A DNA stretch of 64,000 bases from Alphaproteobacteria bacterium (lineage in GTDB: Bacteria > Pseudomonadota > Alphaproteobacteria > Bin95), in NCBI GenBank assembly GCA_963665325.3, contig CAXXWS020000004.1, forward strand, positions 308,794-372,793, given 5' to 3'. The notes under the pieces were generated by a model. The model saw nothing but the letters and a program-made list of their open reading frames with translations, ran no database searches and was not told the origin of the DNA. Shown here piece by piece: positions 10,545 through 20,335 of the stretch. The position numbers and the translations under genes were made by a program. Within the stretch, counting starts at the first letter, position 1, and each line of letters starts with the position of its first letter.

Positions 10545-11117
10545 TCAGGGCCAGAGGGCGTCGAGGGGGAACGAGACCGCTTCGAACGGGGGGACGGAAA
10601 CCGTGTCGTTGTCACGGAGGGCGGCGATGAGCACCCACGCGCTGTCGCGCAGTTCGAAGGCTTCAAGGTCGCGCGCCGCCGGATCGACGAACCAGAGATG
10701 GCGCACGCCCTCGCGCGCATAGACCGGACGCTTGCCGTGGCGGTCGAGGTCCCGAGTCGAGGGCGACAGCACTTCGCAGACCCAGTCCGGAGCGAGGGCG
10801 AAATAGGCAGTGTCGGGAAACTCCGGCATCCGCTCCCGCCGCCAGCCGGCAAGATCGGGCACGAGAACGTCGTCGCCCAGGTGGAGTTCCGGTTCATCGA
10901 GGATCCACCAGCCGCCGGGGCCGCCGCCATAGCTGAAAGGATCACCGATCTTGGCGCCGAGTGCGGAACTGGCGTGCGCATGGCGCGGCGCCGGGCGCGG
11001 ATGGGTGTGGAGCGTCCCGGCGACGAGTTCAGCCACCAGGTGCGGCGGGGCCTCTAGCACATCCCGGTAGGTCGCGCGGCGTCTTGGAGCGTCGAGAACC
11101 GCCTGTTGCCGCTTCAT
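10545..11117 (-). CDS. Uma2 family PD-(D/E)xK endonuclease
   Basis: VPDLAGW, APDWVCEVLSPST, YAREGVRHLWFVDP. Confidence 0.9.
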   Translation of the reverse strand: MKRQQAVLDAPRRRATYRDVLEAPPHLVAELVAGTLHTHPRPAPRHAHASSALGAKIGDPFSYGGGPGGWWILDEPELHLGDDVLVPDLAGWRRERMPEFPDTAYFALAPDWVCEVLSPSTRDLDRHGKRPVYAREGVRHLWFVDPAARDLEAFELRDSAWVLIAALRDNDTVSVPPFEAVSFPLDALWP

Positions 11118-11210
11118 ATCGAAAACCTCCCGCAGACCGGGGCCGCGAGCATAGCATGGCGGCTCGCGCCCAAACAGGAAGGACGGTGCTTCGACCGAGT
11201 CCGCGACCCA

Positions 11211-12149
11211 CTATGTGTCCAGCCCCAGTAGCCGGAAGGCGCTTCTCAGCAGGGGCGGCGCCGGCGCCTCGACTTCGAGCCGGCCCCAGCCGCGAGGATG
11301 CTCCAGCGCGATGGCGCGGGCGTGCAGGTGCAAGCGCCGCTCGAGGCCGATGCCTTCGAGGAAGGCTGCCCTGCCTCCGTATTTGCCGTCGCCCAGGATC
11401 GGGCACCCGACCGCCGCCATATGCGCGCGGAGCTGGTGCGTGCGCCCGGTCAACGGGCGGAGAGCGAGGCGGGCAGCACGCTTGCCCGCGTGCGCGAGCG
11501 TCTCATAGTCGGTCACGGCCCGCTTACCGTCCGCATCGACGCCAACCCGTTCGCCACCCGGCCGCCCGCGTTTCGCAAGCGGGAGGGCGATGCGCCCGGA
11601 TGGCGGCTCAGGCGCGCCGGCGGTCAGCGCCCAGTAGAGCTTCTCCGCCTCGCGCGCCCGGAAGGCTGCCGTCAGCCGCGCCGCGTCGGCTGCGCTCCGC
11701 GCCAGCAGCAAAACGCCGCTGGTGTCCTTGTCCAGACGGTGCACGAGGCGCGGGCGCTCCGACGCATCGAAGCGCAGCGCCTCCAGCATCCCGTCCAGAT
11801 GGCGCCCCGTGCCGCGCCCGCCCTGGACGGCAAGGCCCGCGGGCTTGTCGAGCGCGATCACCGCCTCGTCGAGATACAGCACCCAGCCGCGCACCTCTTC
11901 CACCAAGCTTTCCGATAGCGCGGCGGGCCGGGGTTCCGGCGGCGGGCCGAAGGGCGGCAAGCGCACCACGGCGCCGGCCTCCAGCCGGTCGCCGGCGCGG
12001 GCGCGGCGCCCGTCCACGCGCACCCGTCCCGTGCGCAGGAGCTTCTGCAACCGGCCCTGCGGCAGGTCCGGCCGCCGGCGCGCGACCCAGCGGTCCAGCC
12101 GCAGGCCGGCCTCGTCCGGCCCGACTTCCTCCAGCCGGACGCCTGTCAC
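11211..12149 (-). CDS. rluC: RluA-family pseudouridine synthase (RluC-like)
   Basis: S4 domain RLDRW, HRLDKDTSG, GRTHQLRAH, GDGKYG. Confidence 0.9.
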   Translation of the reverse strand: MTGVRLEEVGPDEAGLRLDRWVARRRPDLPQGRLQKLLRTGRVRVDGRRARAGDRLEAGAVVRLPPFGPPPEPRPAALSESLVEEVRGWVLYLDEAVIALDKPAGLAVQGGRGTGRHLDGMLEALRFDASERPRLVHRLDKDTSGVLLLARSAADAARLTAAFRAREAEKLYWALTAGAPEPPSGRIALPLAKRGRPGGERVGVDADGKRAVTDYETLAHAGKRAARLALRPLTGRTHQLRAHMAAVGCPILGDGKYGGRAAFLEGIGLERRLHLHARAIALEHPRGWGRLEVEAPAPPLLRSAFRLLGLDT

Positions 12150-12523
12150 AGCAGCACGCGCGCGATCCGGGCGCCAGCAAGGAATGCCAGCACGCCGAGC
12201 GCAACCGAGCCCGCGGTATAGAACGCCGCCCCGGCCCACTCGCCCCGCCCCGCCAGTCCAACCGCGTCCAGCGTGTAGGCGGAGAAGGTGGTGAAGCCGC
12301 CGAGAAAGCCGACGGTAAGGAACGTCCGGAGCTCCGCCGAAAGCGAGAGTCCCTGCGCCAGCAGAGCCGCCACCAACCCCATCGCCAGCGAGCCCAGAAC
12401 GTTCACGACCATCGTGCCTACCGGGAAGCCCGCGCCGAGCAGCCGCGTCACCTGAACCACCATGAGCCAGCGTGCGAGCGCGCCCAGCGCCCCGCCCGCG
12501 GCGACCGCCAGCCAGAGGCTCAT
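12146..12523 (-). CDS. crcB: Fluoride efflux channel CrcB/FluC
   Basis: GGALGALAR, GFLGGFTTFS. Confidence 0.95.
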   Translation of the reverse strand: MSLWLAVAAGGALGALARWLMVVQVTRLLGAGFPVGTMVVNVLGSLAMGLVAALLAQGLSLSAELRTFLTVGFLGGFTTFSAYTLDAVGLAGRGEWAGAAFYTAGSVALGVLAFLAGARIARVLL

Positions 12524-13809
12524 CCCTGCCGTCTCCGGTCCCATGCGGCCAGACGCTCCGCGATGTCGGCCTCCGCGCCGCGGCCGTCGGGGCGGTAGAA
12601 CTGTTGCCGTGCCATACCGTCCGGGAAGTAGTTGTGGCCGGCGAAGGCGTCTGGGGCGTTGTGGTCGTAGGAGTAGCCCTCGCCGTAGCCGAGGTCCTTC
12701 ATCAGCCGGGTCGGCGCGTTCAGGCTGTGCATCGGCGGGGTGAGCGAGCCGGTCTCCCGTGCGGCGCGCATGGCCTCGCCAAAGGCTGCATAGGCAGCGT
12801 TCGACTTGGGCGCCGTCGCCAGATGCAGCACGGTCTGGGCGAGCGCGAGTTCGCCTTCCGGGCTGCCGAGGCGCTCATATGCTTCCCAGCCGGCAAGCGC
12901 TGAGGGCAAGGCCGCCGGGTCAGCCAGGCCCACATCCTCCGAAGCGAAGCGGACCAGCCGGCGCGCGATGTAGCGGGGGTCCTCGCCGCCGTCGAGCATC
13001 CGCGCGAGCCAGTAGAGCGCGGCATCCGGGTCCGACCCGCGCAGCGATTTGTGCAGCGCGCTGATGAGGTTGTAGTGGCCCTCGCGGTCCTTGTCGTAAA
13101 CCGGCGCGCGCCGCTGGGCGACGCGGGCGAGGCCGGCCGTGTCGAGAACAGGCCCGCCGGCGATTTCGTCGGCGAGGTTGAGCAGGTAGCGCCCGTCGCC
13201 GTCGGCCAGCGCCTTGAGCGCCGTGCGCGCGCCTTCGTCAAGCGGCATCGGTGCGCCGAGTTCAGCCTCCGCGCGCTGCAACAGGGTCTCCAGGCCGTCC
13301 TCGTCCAGCCGGCGCAGCACCAGCACCTGGGCTCGGGAGAGCAATGCCGCATTCAACTCGAAGGAGGGGTTCTCTGTCGTGGCGCCGACCAGTACCACCG
13401 TGCCGGTCTCGACCCAGGGCAGGAAGCCGTCCTGCTGGGCGCGGTTGAAGCGGTGGATTTCGTCCACGAACAGCAGGGTGCCCCGGCCCGTCTCCCGCCG
13501 CTGCTCGGCCTCGGCGAAGATCTTGCGCAGGTCGGCCACGCCCGAGAAGACGGCCGAAAGCGCGGTGAAATGCAGGTTCGCTGCACCGGACAGCAGGCGC
13601 GCAATCGTCGTCTTGCCGCAGCCGGGAGGGCCCCAGAAGACGAGCGAGGCGAGCCGTCCGGCCGCCAGCATCCGTCCGACCGGGCCGTCCGGCCCAAGCA
13701 CATGGTCCTGGCCGACGACCTCATCCAGCGACGCCGGGCGGAGCCGGTCGGCCAAAGGCCGGGGCGCCTCGTCGGTGAGCCCTGCCGCCTGGAAAAGCGA
13801 ATCGGTCAT
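12520..13809 (-). CDS. rarA: Replication-associated recombination protein A
   Basis: PLADRLRP, GPPGCGKTT, DEIHRFN, ATTENPSF, ISALHKSLRGSD. Confidence 0.96.
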   Translation of the reverse strand: MTDSLFQAAGLTDEAPRPLADRLRPASLDEVVGQDHVLGPDGPVGRMLAAGRLASLVFWGPPGCGKTTIARLLSGAANLHFTALSAVFSGVADLRKIFAEAEQRRETGRGTLLFVDEIHRFNRAQQDGFLPWVETGTVVLVGATTENPSFELNAALLSRAQVLVLRRLDEDGLETLLQRAEAELGAPMPLDEGARTALKALADGDGRYLLNLADEIAGGPVLDTAGLARVAQRRAPVYDKDREGHYNLISALHKSLRGSDPDAALYWLARMLDGGEDPRYIARRLVRFASEDVGLADPAALPSALAGWEAYERLGSPEGELALAQTVLHLATAPKSNAAYAAFGEAMRAARETGSLTPPMHSLNAPTRLMKDLGYGEGYSYDHNAPDAFAGHNYFPDGMARQQFYRPDGRGAEADIAERLAAWDRRRQG

Positions 13810-15224
13810 CTGAACACCGTGGTCAGCGAACGGCCGTTGCGCCAGATCGAGATGCGCCAGGGACGCTCGCCGGCCTGCAGAACGGCCTCCGCATCGGCCG
13901 TACTCCGCGGTTCATGCCTGTCTATGCTGCGGAGCAGGTCCCCCGGCCGGAAGCCGTGGCGTGCGGCCGGCGAGCCGTGCACGATATCGACGATCGCCAC
14001 GCCGGCATCGGGCCCGTTGAAGCCGAATTCCTCAATGACCGCCGGGGACAGGTTGACGATCTCGGCTCCGGCGAGCGGGTGCCGTCCCGTCAGCCGTTTC
14101 AGATCGCGCGGCGGTTTCTCCGGCGGCAACTCCACCGGGACGGAAAGGGTCGTCTCCTCGCCGCGTCGGAGGATGCCGAACCCGGCCTTGCCTCCCGGCC
14201 CGAGCGTGGTCATGCGGAAGCGCAGTGCCGCCCTGTCGAGCACCGGGTGCCCGTCTATTGACAGGATCACATCGCCCCGGGCCCCGCCGGCGCGTGCAAA
14301 CGGTCCGTCGGCGCGCATGCTCTTGACCAGCAGTCCGCCCGGCCGGGAAAGGCCGAGTGCCTCGGCGAGGTCGGTCGTCACGGGCTGGCTCTCGATGCCG
14401 AGCCAGGGGCGAACCACGCGTCCGCCGTGCCGGGCGCTTTCGACCATGACACGCACCAGGTTGGACGGGATGGCGAAGCCGACGCCGTGCGAACCGCCGC
14501 TGCGTGAGAAGATTGCCGTGTTCACGCCGATCACCTCGCCGCTGAGATTGACCAGCGCGCCGCCGGAATTGCCGGGATTGATCGCGGCGTCCGTCTGGAT
14601 GAAATAGCCGGGGCCGCGGACCGAGGGACCCGTGCGCGCGAGCGCCGAGACGATGCCGGAAGTGACCGTCTGGCCGACGCCGAAGGGATTGCCGATCGCC
14701 AGCACGAGATCGCCGACCTCGAGGTCGTCGGAATCTCCCAGAACCGCCGGCGGGAGCGTTTCGCCGTCAAGCCCGGCCCGGAGCAGGGCCAAATCGCTGC
14801 GCTCGTCCGACACCAGCACCTGCGCCGGAAACTCGCGCCGGTCGGCCAGCACGACCTTGATCGCGCCGGCATTCTCGACGACGTGATGGTTGGTCACGAT
14901 CAGGCCGTCCGCACCGACGACCACGCCGGAGCCGAGCGAGTTCTGCGCCCGCTGCCGCCGCCGGTCGCCGAAATCGAAGAAACGGCGGAAAAACGGGTCG
15001 TCGAGGAACGGAAAGCCGGAAAAGGGAGTCCTGCGCTCTACACGCCGTCCGGAAGCGAAGATATTGACAACCGCCGGCCGAACGGAGCGCACCACCGGAG
15101 CGAAGGAGAGCCGCACCTGCCCGGCCGAGTCCGGCACGGCGACCGGGGGCTCGTGCGCGTTTGCCGGCTGGACGGCCAGCAGCATCGCCGCCAGAACCCA
15201 TGGCATGAACGTCGGACGGCGCAT
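13806..15224 (-). CDS. DegQ/Do family periplasmic serine protease
   Basis: Signal peptide, TNHHV, QTDAAINPGNSGG, two PDZ domains. Confidence 0.93.
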   Translation of the reverse strand: MRRPTFMPWVLAAMLLAVQPANAHEPPVAVPDSAGQVRLSFAPVVRSVRPAVVNIFASGRRVERRTPFSGFPFLDDPFFRRFFDFGDRRRQRAQNSLGSGVVVGADGLIVTNHHVVENAGAIKVVLADRREFPAQVLVSDERSDLALLRAGLDGETLPPAVLGDSDDLEVGDLVLAIGNPFGVGQTVTSGIVSALARTGPSVRGPGYFIQTDAAINPGNSGGALVNLSGEVIGVNTAIFSRSGGSHGVGFAIPSNLVRVMVESARHGGRVVRPWLGIESQPVTTDLAEALGLSRPGGLLVKSMRADGPFARAGGARGDVILSIDGHPVLDRAALRFRMTTLGPGGKAGFGILRRGEETTLSVPVELPPEKPPRDLKRLTGRHPLAGAEIVNLSPAVIEEFGFNGPDAGVAIVDIVHGSPAARHGFRPGDLLRSIDRHEPRSTADAEAVLQAGERPWRISIWRNGRSLTTVFR

Positions 15225-15229
15225 ACGGG

Positions 15230-15451
15230 CTATTGCAGCGCGTGCAATTCCTCGTCGGTGGGAAAGCGCCCCAAAGCCTTCTTGGAGAACAGCATCGCGC
15301 CGTCCCGCCGGATTTCGAAAACGCCGCCTCCGCCCTTGACCAGTTCGACGGCAAGGCCTGTATTCGCCTGCAATATGTCCCTCGCACGGAGGGCGCGCGG
15401 CTCGTAGTTTCAAGCCACGCAATATTCGATGGACAGCGTCCGCTCGGACAT
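15230..15451 (-). CDS. SelW/SelT/Rdx family selenoprotein (in-frame TGA at 15410-15412 read as Sec)
   Basis: Read-through gives MSERTLSIEYCVA-U-NYEPRALRARDILQANTGLAVELVKGGGGVFEIRRDGAMLFSKKALGRFPTDEELHALQ*, with Rdx motifs I.YCxxU, GGxFE, FSK...RFP; hairpin CCCTC-CGTGC-GAGGG just 3' of the TGA. Confidence 0.9.
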
Positions 15452-15486
15452 GGGGGTTGCGCCTCCTCGCGAGGGATGTGCCGGCA

Positions 15487-15561
15487 TGGTGACCCCAACG
15501 GGGATCGAACCCGTGTCTCCACCTTGAAAGGGTGGTGTCCTAACCTCTAGACGATGGGGTC
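15487..15561 (-). tRNA. tRNA-Glu (TTC)
   Basis: GACCCCATCGTCTAGAGGTTAGGACACCACCCTTTCAAGGTGGAGACACGGGTTCGATCCCCGTTGGGGTCACCA cloverleaf with encoded CCA. Confidence 0.97.
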
Positions 15562-15745
15562 TCGCCAAGGCGGGCGGGATACCCCGTCCCGCCCGCCTTG
15601 GCAAGCGCGCTCGACTCCCCGGCGGAGTGGAGCCTTGGGGGCCGACCGTTCGCTACAAATGATTCGACCAGGACCGGGCCGAGGATTGGACGGTGCGTCC
15701 GCTTCGTGCCATGAGGAGGATGGAACAGGCAAGGAGTTGCACCGC

Positions 15746-16528
15746 ATGGCCCTGATCGCCAACCGCACCAAGGAGAAGCTCGCGGCAGGGGAGCTTGCGC
15801 TCGGTCTCGGCCTGCGCCTCGCCCGCATGCCGGAGATCGCGAAGATCGCCGCGGTCTGCGGCTACGATTGGCTGTTCGTGGATCTGGAGCATGGCGCGTT
15901 CTCGATCGATACAGCGGCCCAGATCTGCGCGGCGGCGCTGGACGCGGGCATTTCGCCGATTCCGCGCGCATCGGCGCATGAGCATTTCCACGCGACCCGG
16001 CTTTTGGATGCCGGCGCGCAGGGCATCGTCGTGCCGCATGTGGACAATGTTGCCCAGGCCGAGGCCGTGCGCGACAACTGCCTCTACCCGCCGGTCGGCA
16101 AGCGCTCTGTCGCCGGCGGCATGGCGCAGCTCGAATATGAAGCCCTGCCGACGGGCGAGGCCGCGCGGCTCATCAACGGCGCAACGCTCACCGTGGTGAT
16201 GATCGAGACGGCGGAGGCGGTTGCCGCAGCGGACGCCATCGCGGCCGTCGAGGGCATCGACGCCCTGCTGATCGGCACCAACGACCTCTGCGCCACGATG
16301 GGCATACCCGGGCAATTCGGGCATGACCGCGTCACCGATGCCTACGACCGGGTGGTCTCGGCGGCGCGCAACAACGGCAAGCATGCCGGCATGGGCGGCG
16401 TCTATGACGAGGAGCTGGCGGGGCGCTATATCGGCATGGGCGCGCGGCTGGTGCTTGCCGGCAACGATCTGCCGTTGCTCATGGGCGCCGCCAGGGCGCG
16501 GTCGGACTTTCTGCGCCGGCTGGTCTGA
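15746..16528 (+). CDS. HpcH/HpaI aldolase family protein
   Basis: DWLFVDLEHG, LDAGAQGIVVPHV, MIET, IGTNDL. Confidence 0.92.
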   Translation: MALIANRTKEKLAAGELALGLGLRLARMPEIAKIAAVCGYDWLFVDLEHGAFSIDTAAQICAAALDAGISPIPRASAHEHFHATRLLDAGAQGIVVPHVDNVAQAEAVRDNCLYPPVGKRSVAGGMAQLEYEALPTGEAARLINGATLTVVMIETAEAVAAADAIAAVEGIDALLIGTNDLCATMGIPGQFGHDRVTDAYDRVVSAARNNGKHAGMGGVYDEELAGRYIGMGARLVLAGNDLPLLMGAARARSDFLRRLV

Positions 16529-16544
16529 CGGGCGCCGGGCGGCG

Positions 16545-17012
16545 TCAGTCGAAGCTCGTGCCCGTGGCGCCGCCCCGGCCGAGCTTGTAGGTGACGACGC
16601 CGCGGGCGATCTTGCGCCCGTCATCGTCCGTCACCAGCACGTCCACGACGGTGAGCGACCCGCCCCGTCGCAGCACGACCGCCTCCGCCGCCAGGCCGCG
16701 GCCCTTCAGCCCCGGCGAGAGGTAGTTGACGGTGAAGCCGACGGTTGCCCCCTTGGTCGCCTCGACCACGGACGGGCTCGTCCAGGCGGCCGCGGTGGCG
16801 GCCGTGTCGATCAGGGACGCCGTCGCGCCGCCGTGATAGATGCCGGCGCCGTTGCCGAGTTCGGGCTGCCAGGGCAGACGGACGACGGCGCGGTCTGGTT
16901 CGAGGACCGCCAGTTCCATGCCGAGATACACGCCGTACGGCCCGCGCACGATAGCGTCGCGGATGCGCTGCTCGCCGACCGGGCTAGGGCCTTCTTGCGC
17001 GGTACCGCTCAC
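16545..17012 (-). CDS. PaaI family thioesterase
   Basis: NGAGIYHGGATASLIDTA hot-dog motif; GTG overlaps the SDR stop. Confidence 0.85.
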   Translation of the reverse strand: MSGTAQEGPSPVGEQRIRDAIVRGPYGVYLGMELAVLEPDRAVVRLPWQPELGNGAGIYHGGATASLIDTAATAAAWTSPSVVEATKGATVGFTVNYLSPGLKGRGLAAEAVVLRRGGSLTVVDVLVTDDDGRKIARGVVTYKLGRGGATGTSFD

Positions 17013-17713
17013 CAGGGTTCCCCGAAGGGCCGGATTTCGACATTGAACGACCAGGTCGACCGGTCCTGGTGGGCGATGCGGAAGACCTCTTCGCCGATGG
17101 CGTCCGGCTTGATGTAGAAATCGTCCGGCTTGCCCGGATGGCGCCGCCGGGTCCAGCGCAGGTCGATCACCGCGTCGATGACGATATAGGCGACATGCAC
17201 GCCTTTCGGCCCGAGTTCGCGCGCCATCGATTCGGCCAGGATGCGCTGCGCCGCCTTGGTCGGCGCAAAGCCGGAGAAGCGTGGAATGCCCCGCCAGGTC
17301 GATGTGTTGCCGGTCACCATGAGCGCGCCCTCGCCGCGTGCGATCATCGCGGGCGCGGTCAGTTGCGCCAGATAGAGCAGACTCATCGTGTTGACCTGGA
17401 AATTGGCCTGGATATCCGCCGGGTCCATCTCGAGGAAGCTGTCCCAGCTCCCCCGCGCGGCATTGTGGACGACGACATGCGGATCGTCCCCGAGTTCTGT
17501 CCGGACGCGCTCCAGCGTGCTCGCAAGCGCCTCCGGATCGGTAATGTCGCAGGGAAATGCCGACGTGCCGGGGACCGTTTCCTCGAATTCCCGCAGCCGC
17601 GATTCGGAACGCGCGAGCATCGCCACGCGGTAGCCGCCGGCTGCGAACCGCCTGACCGTGGAACCGCCGGTGCCGCGCCCGACACCCGCCACCAATGCGA
17701 TCTTTTCTGCCAT
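17009..17713 (-). CDS. SDR family oxidoreductase
   Basis: VAGVGRGTG, HNAA, FAPTK, ARELGPKGVHV. Confidence 0.9.
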   Translation of the reverse strand: MAEKIALVAGVGRGTGGSTVRRFAAGGYRVAMLARSESRLREFEETVPGTSAFPCDITDPEALASTLERVRTELGDDPHVVVHNAARGSWDSFLEMDPADIQANFQVNTMSLLYLAQLTAPAMIARGEGALMVTGNTSTWRGIPRFSGFAPTKAAQRILAESMARELGPKGVHVAYIVIDAVIDLRWTRRRHPGKPDDFYIKPDAIGEEVFRIAHQDRSTWSFNVEIRPFGEPW

Positions 17714-17742
17714 CCATATCCCTCCCTTGAGTCCCTTGTCGT

Positions 17743-18978
17743 TCAGGCCGTCCGGACCAGCGCAGGCGCCGCGCCCCCCGCCCTGCGCATGGCCGCCGCG
17801 CGGCGCAGCAGGAACGCCGCAATTGCCAGATGCGCGATGTTGACCGCGACCGCGCCGAGAAAGGCAACCCGGTAACTGCCGGTGAGATCGTGTATCGCGC
17901 CTGCGAGCCAGGCCCCCACAGCCATGCCGAGCATGGTGAACAGCAGCGTCAGCCCGATACGTCCGCCTGCCTGTCGGGCTGGAAAATACTCCCGGACAAT
18001 GATTGCATAAGACGGCACGATACCGCCCTGCGACAGGCCGAACAGCGCCGCGACGACCAGGAGCGCGATACGCCCGTCGGCCGGCAGGAACAGCAGCAGC
18101 GCCACCGTCTGGCCGGCCGAGCCGAGTGCCAGAATACGCAACCCGCCGATGCGGTCCGATATCCAGCCGGAGGCGAGCCGGCTCACAATGCCGAACCCGT
18201 ACATCAGCGACAGCATCAGCGCGCCGTCGGCCGGGCGGAGGCCGATATCGTCCGCCATGGCAACCGCGTGGACCTGCGGGGCGGCCATCGCGATGCAGCA
18301 GCCCAGCCCGGCGCAGCACAGAAGCGCCTGTAGCACCGGCGCCCGCATTCCGAGCGGCCGGGCCGACCCTGCCGCCGCCAGCGGCCCCGTCAACACGGTG
18401 CGGGGCGCAGGACGGTGCAGCACGAGCGCCAGCAGCGGCAGCGTAACCAATGTCAGGGCCCCGAGGGCGAGATACATGTCGCGCCACCCATAGGCGTGCA
18501 CCACGGCTTCGAGCGTCGGCGGCCAGACCATGCCGGAGACGTATGCCCCGCTGATGACCATGCCGACCGCAAGGCCGCGCCGCCGCTCAAACCAGAGCGA
18601 AACATCGGCGACCATCGGCCCCATGGTGGTCGAGGCGCCCATCAGGCCGATCAGCAGCCCGTGGGCCACGACCGCCTGCCATAGTTCGACAGCGTGCCCG
18701 GCAATCCAGAAACCGAGGCCGATCGTGAGTCCGCCGGCAAACGCGACCCGCATCGCGCCCAGCCGGTCGGCGAAGCGGCCCATCCAGAAGCTGCCGAGGC
18801 CGAACCCGACCATGAACCCCATGTAGGGCAGCGTCGCCGCGCCCCGCGAGACGTCGAACGCCTCCTGCATGGGCTTGAGGGCGACCGTGCCGGCGAACAT
18901 GCCCGCGGTGCCGACGACCATGATGAGGAAAGCCGCCGCCGCCCGGACCGCGGGATAATAGGACGCGCTGCCCGCCAT
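17743..18978 (-). CDS. MFS transporter
   Basis: About 12 hydrophobic segments, GRFADRLG, WFERRRGLA, GWISDRIGG. Confidence 0.9.
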   Translation of the reverse strand: MAGSASYYPAVRAAAAFLIMVVGTAGMFAGTVALKPMQEAFDVSRGAATLPYMGFMVGFGLGSFWMGRFADRLGAMRVAFAGGLTIGLGFWIAGHAVELWQAVVAHGLLIGLMGASTTMGPMVADVSLWFERRRGLAVGMVISGAYVSGMVWPPTLEAVVHAYGWRDMYLALGALTLVTLPLLALVLHRPAPRTVLTGPLAAAGSARPLGMRAPVLQALLCCAGLGCCIAMAAPQVHAVAMADDIGLRPADGALMLSLMYGFGIVSRLASGWISDRIGGLRILALGSAGQTVALLLFLPADGRIALLVVAALFGLSQGGIVPSYAIIVREYFPARQAGGRIGLTLLFTMLGMAVGAWLAGAIHDLTGSYRVAFLGAVAVNIAHLAIAAFLLRRAAAMRRAGGAAPALVRTA

Positions 18979-19015
18979 GCCGCCGCTCCGCGTGGCCCCC
19001 CGCCGTTCCCGTGCC

Positions 19016-20323
19016 TCAGGCCGGCCTGCTGCGAGCGGCCTTCGCATCCTGGCGGCGAAAGCGCAGCAGCATGGCGCGGGCGATCGGCACGGCCAGGCGG
19101 TTCGCCGGCACCGAATGCGGCCGGCGCAGCGCCGTCGGCACGGGATCGTCGGCCTGCAACCCTTCGAGACAGCGCCCGGCCAGCAGACGGCCCATCGCCG
19201 TGGCCAGCGCGACGCCGCGCCCGTTATAGCCGAGCGCAGTCCAGACGCCCGGCCCGAGCTCCATGGCGCGCGGCAGGCGGTCCACGGTCATCGCGACCTT
19301 GCCGTCCCACACGAACTCGAATTCGGCCTCGCCGAGCTCCGGGAAGGCGGCCTGCAGGCGCCGCCGCGCGACCGCTTCCGTGCGTCCGCGCGCACGCCAG
19401 GGCAGCACGATGTCGCCGCCCATGACCATGCGGCCCTCCCGGTCCCAGCGGAAGGCCCAGAGGAGCGTGCGGCTGTCCGAGACGCTGCAGTCGCCGGGCA
19501 GGATCTGCCGGCGCACATTGCCGCCCTGCGGCGCCGTGGCGGCAAGAAACAGCCGGAACGGGACGACCGCCCGCCGCAATCCCGGCCAGAGCCCGCCGGT
19601 GTAGCCGTTGGTCGCCAGCACAACCTGGTCCGCCGTTACCGCGCCGCCGGGCGTCTCGATGCGCCAGCGCCCGCCCGACCGCGAGAGAGCCGTTGCGGGC
19701 GAGCGGGCATGGACCGCCGCGCCGGCGTCGATGGCCGCCTTTGCCAGGCCGCGTGCATAGGCGAGGGGCTGGATATTGCCGCCCCAGGCGTGATGGAGTG
19801 CGCCCTGCCAGTAGCGGCTGCCGGTCATGGCTTCGGTCTCGTCCCGCTCCAGGTAGCGAACCGGCATGCCGCGCGCCGCCCAAGCCTCGGCGCGCGCCCG
19901 CACCATGCCGTCGCGCGCCGGGCTGTCCACCGGCAGCAGCCAGCCGACCGGCCGCGCATCGCAGTCGATGTCGAGGCGGTCGATCAGTTCGAACACGAGC
20001 CGCGCCGACTCGGCCACGAACCGGTTGAACCGCTCGCCCTCCTCGGGGCCGAACCGCGCAATCGTCTCTTCCGGCCCGTAGCGGGACAGCATCGGCACCA
20101 CCTGGCCGTGGTTGCGTCCGGAAGCCCCGAAACCCGGGTCCTCGGCCTCCAGCACCACGGTGCGCGCGCCCGCCTCCGCCAGATGCAGGGCGGTGGAAAG
20201 GCCGGTAAAGCCGCCGCCGACGACACAGACATCCGCCTCGTATTCGCCTTCCAGCATGGGCGTCGGCGGCGCCGGCGGAGCCGTTGCCTGCCAGAGGACG
20301 GAAGCAGGATCGGATGTGTTCAT
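19016..20323 (-). CDS. FAD-binding oxidoreductase (DadA/PuuB-like)
   Basis: VVGGGFTGL, GASGRNHG, LATNGY, GYNGRGVA. Confidence 0.9.
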   Translation of the reverse strand: MNTSDPASVLWQATAPPAPPTPMLEGEYEADVCVVGGGFTGLSTALHLAEAGARTVVLEAEDPGFGASGRNHGQVVPMLSRYGPEETIARFGPEEGERFNRFVAESARLVFELIDRLDIDCDARPVGWLLPVDSPARDGMVRARAEAWAARGMPVRYLERDETEAMTGSRYWQGALHHAWGGNIQPLAYARGLAKAAIDAGAAVHARSPATALSRSGGRWRIETPGGAVTADQVVLATNGYTGGLWPGLRRAVVPFRLFLAATAPQGGNVRRQILPGDCSVSDSRTLLWAFRWDREGRMVMGGDIVLPWRARGRTEAVARRRLQAAFPELGEAEFEFVWDGKVAMTVDRLPRAMELGPGVWTALGYNGRGVALATAMGRLLAGRCLEGLQADDPVPTALRRPHSVPANRLAVPIARAMLLRFRRQDAKAARSRPA

Positions 20324-20335
20324 TGCGCCTGTCCT

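Noticed and set aside
15487-15561. tRNA-Glu as island integration site
   Set aside because: Flanked by core genes; no duplicated 3' end or integrase nearby.
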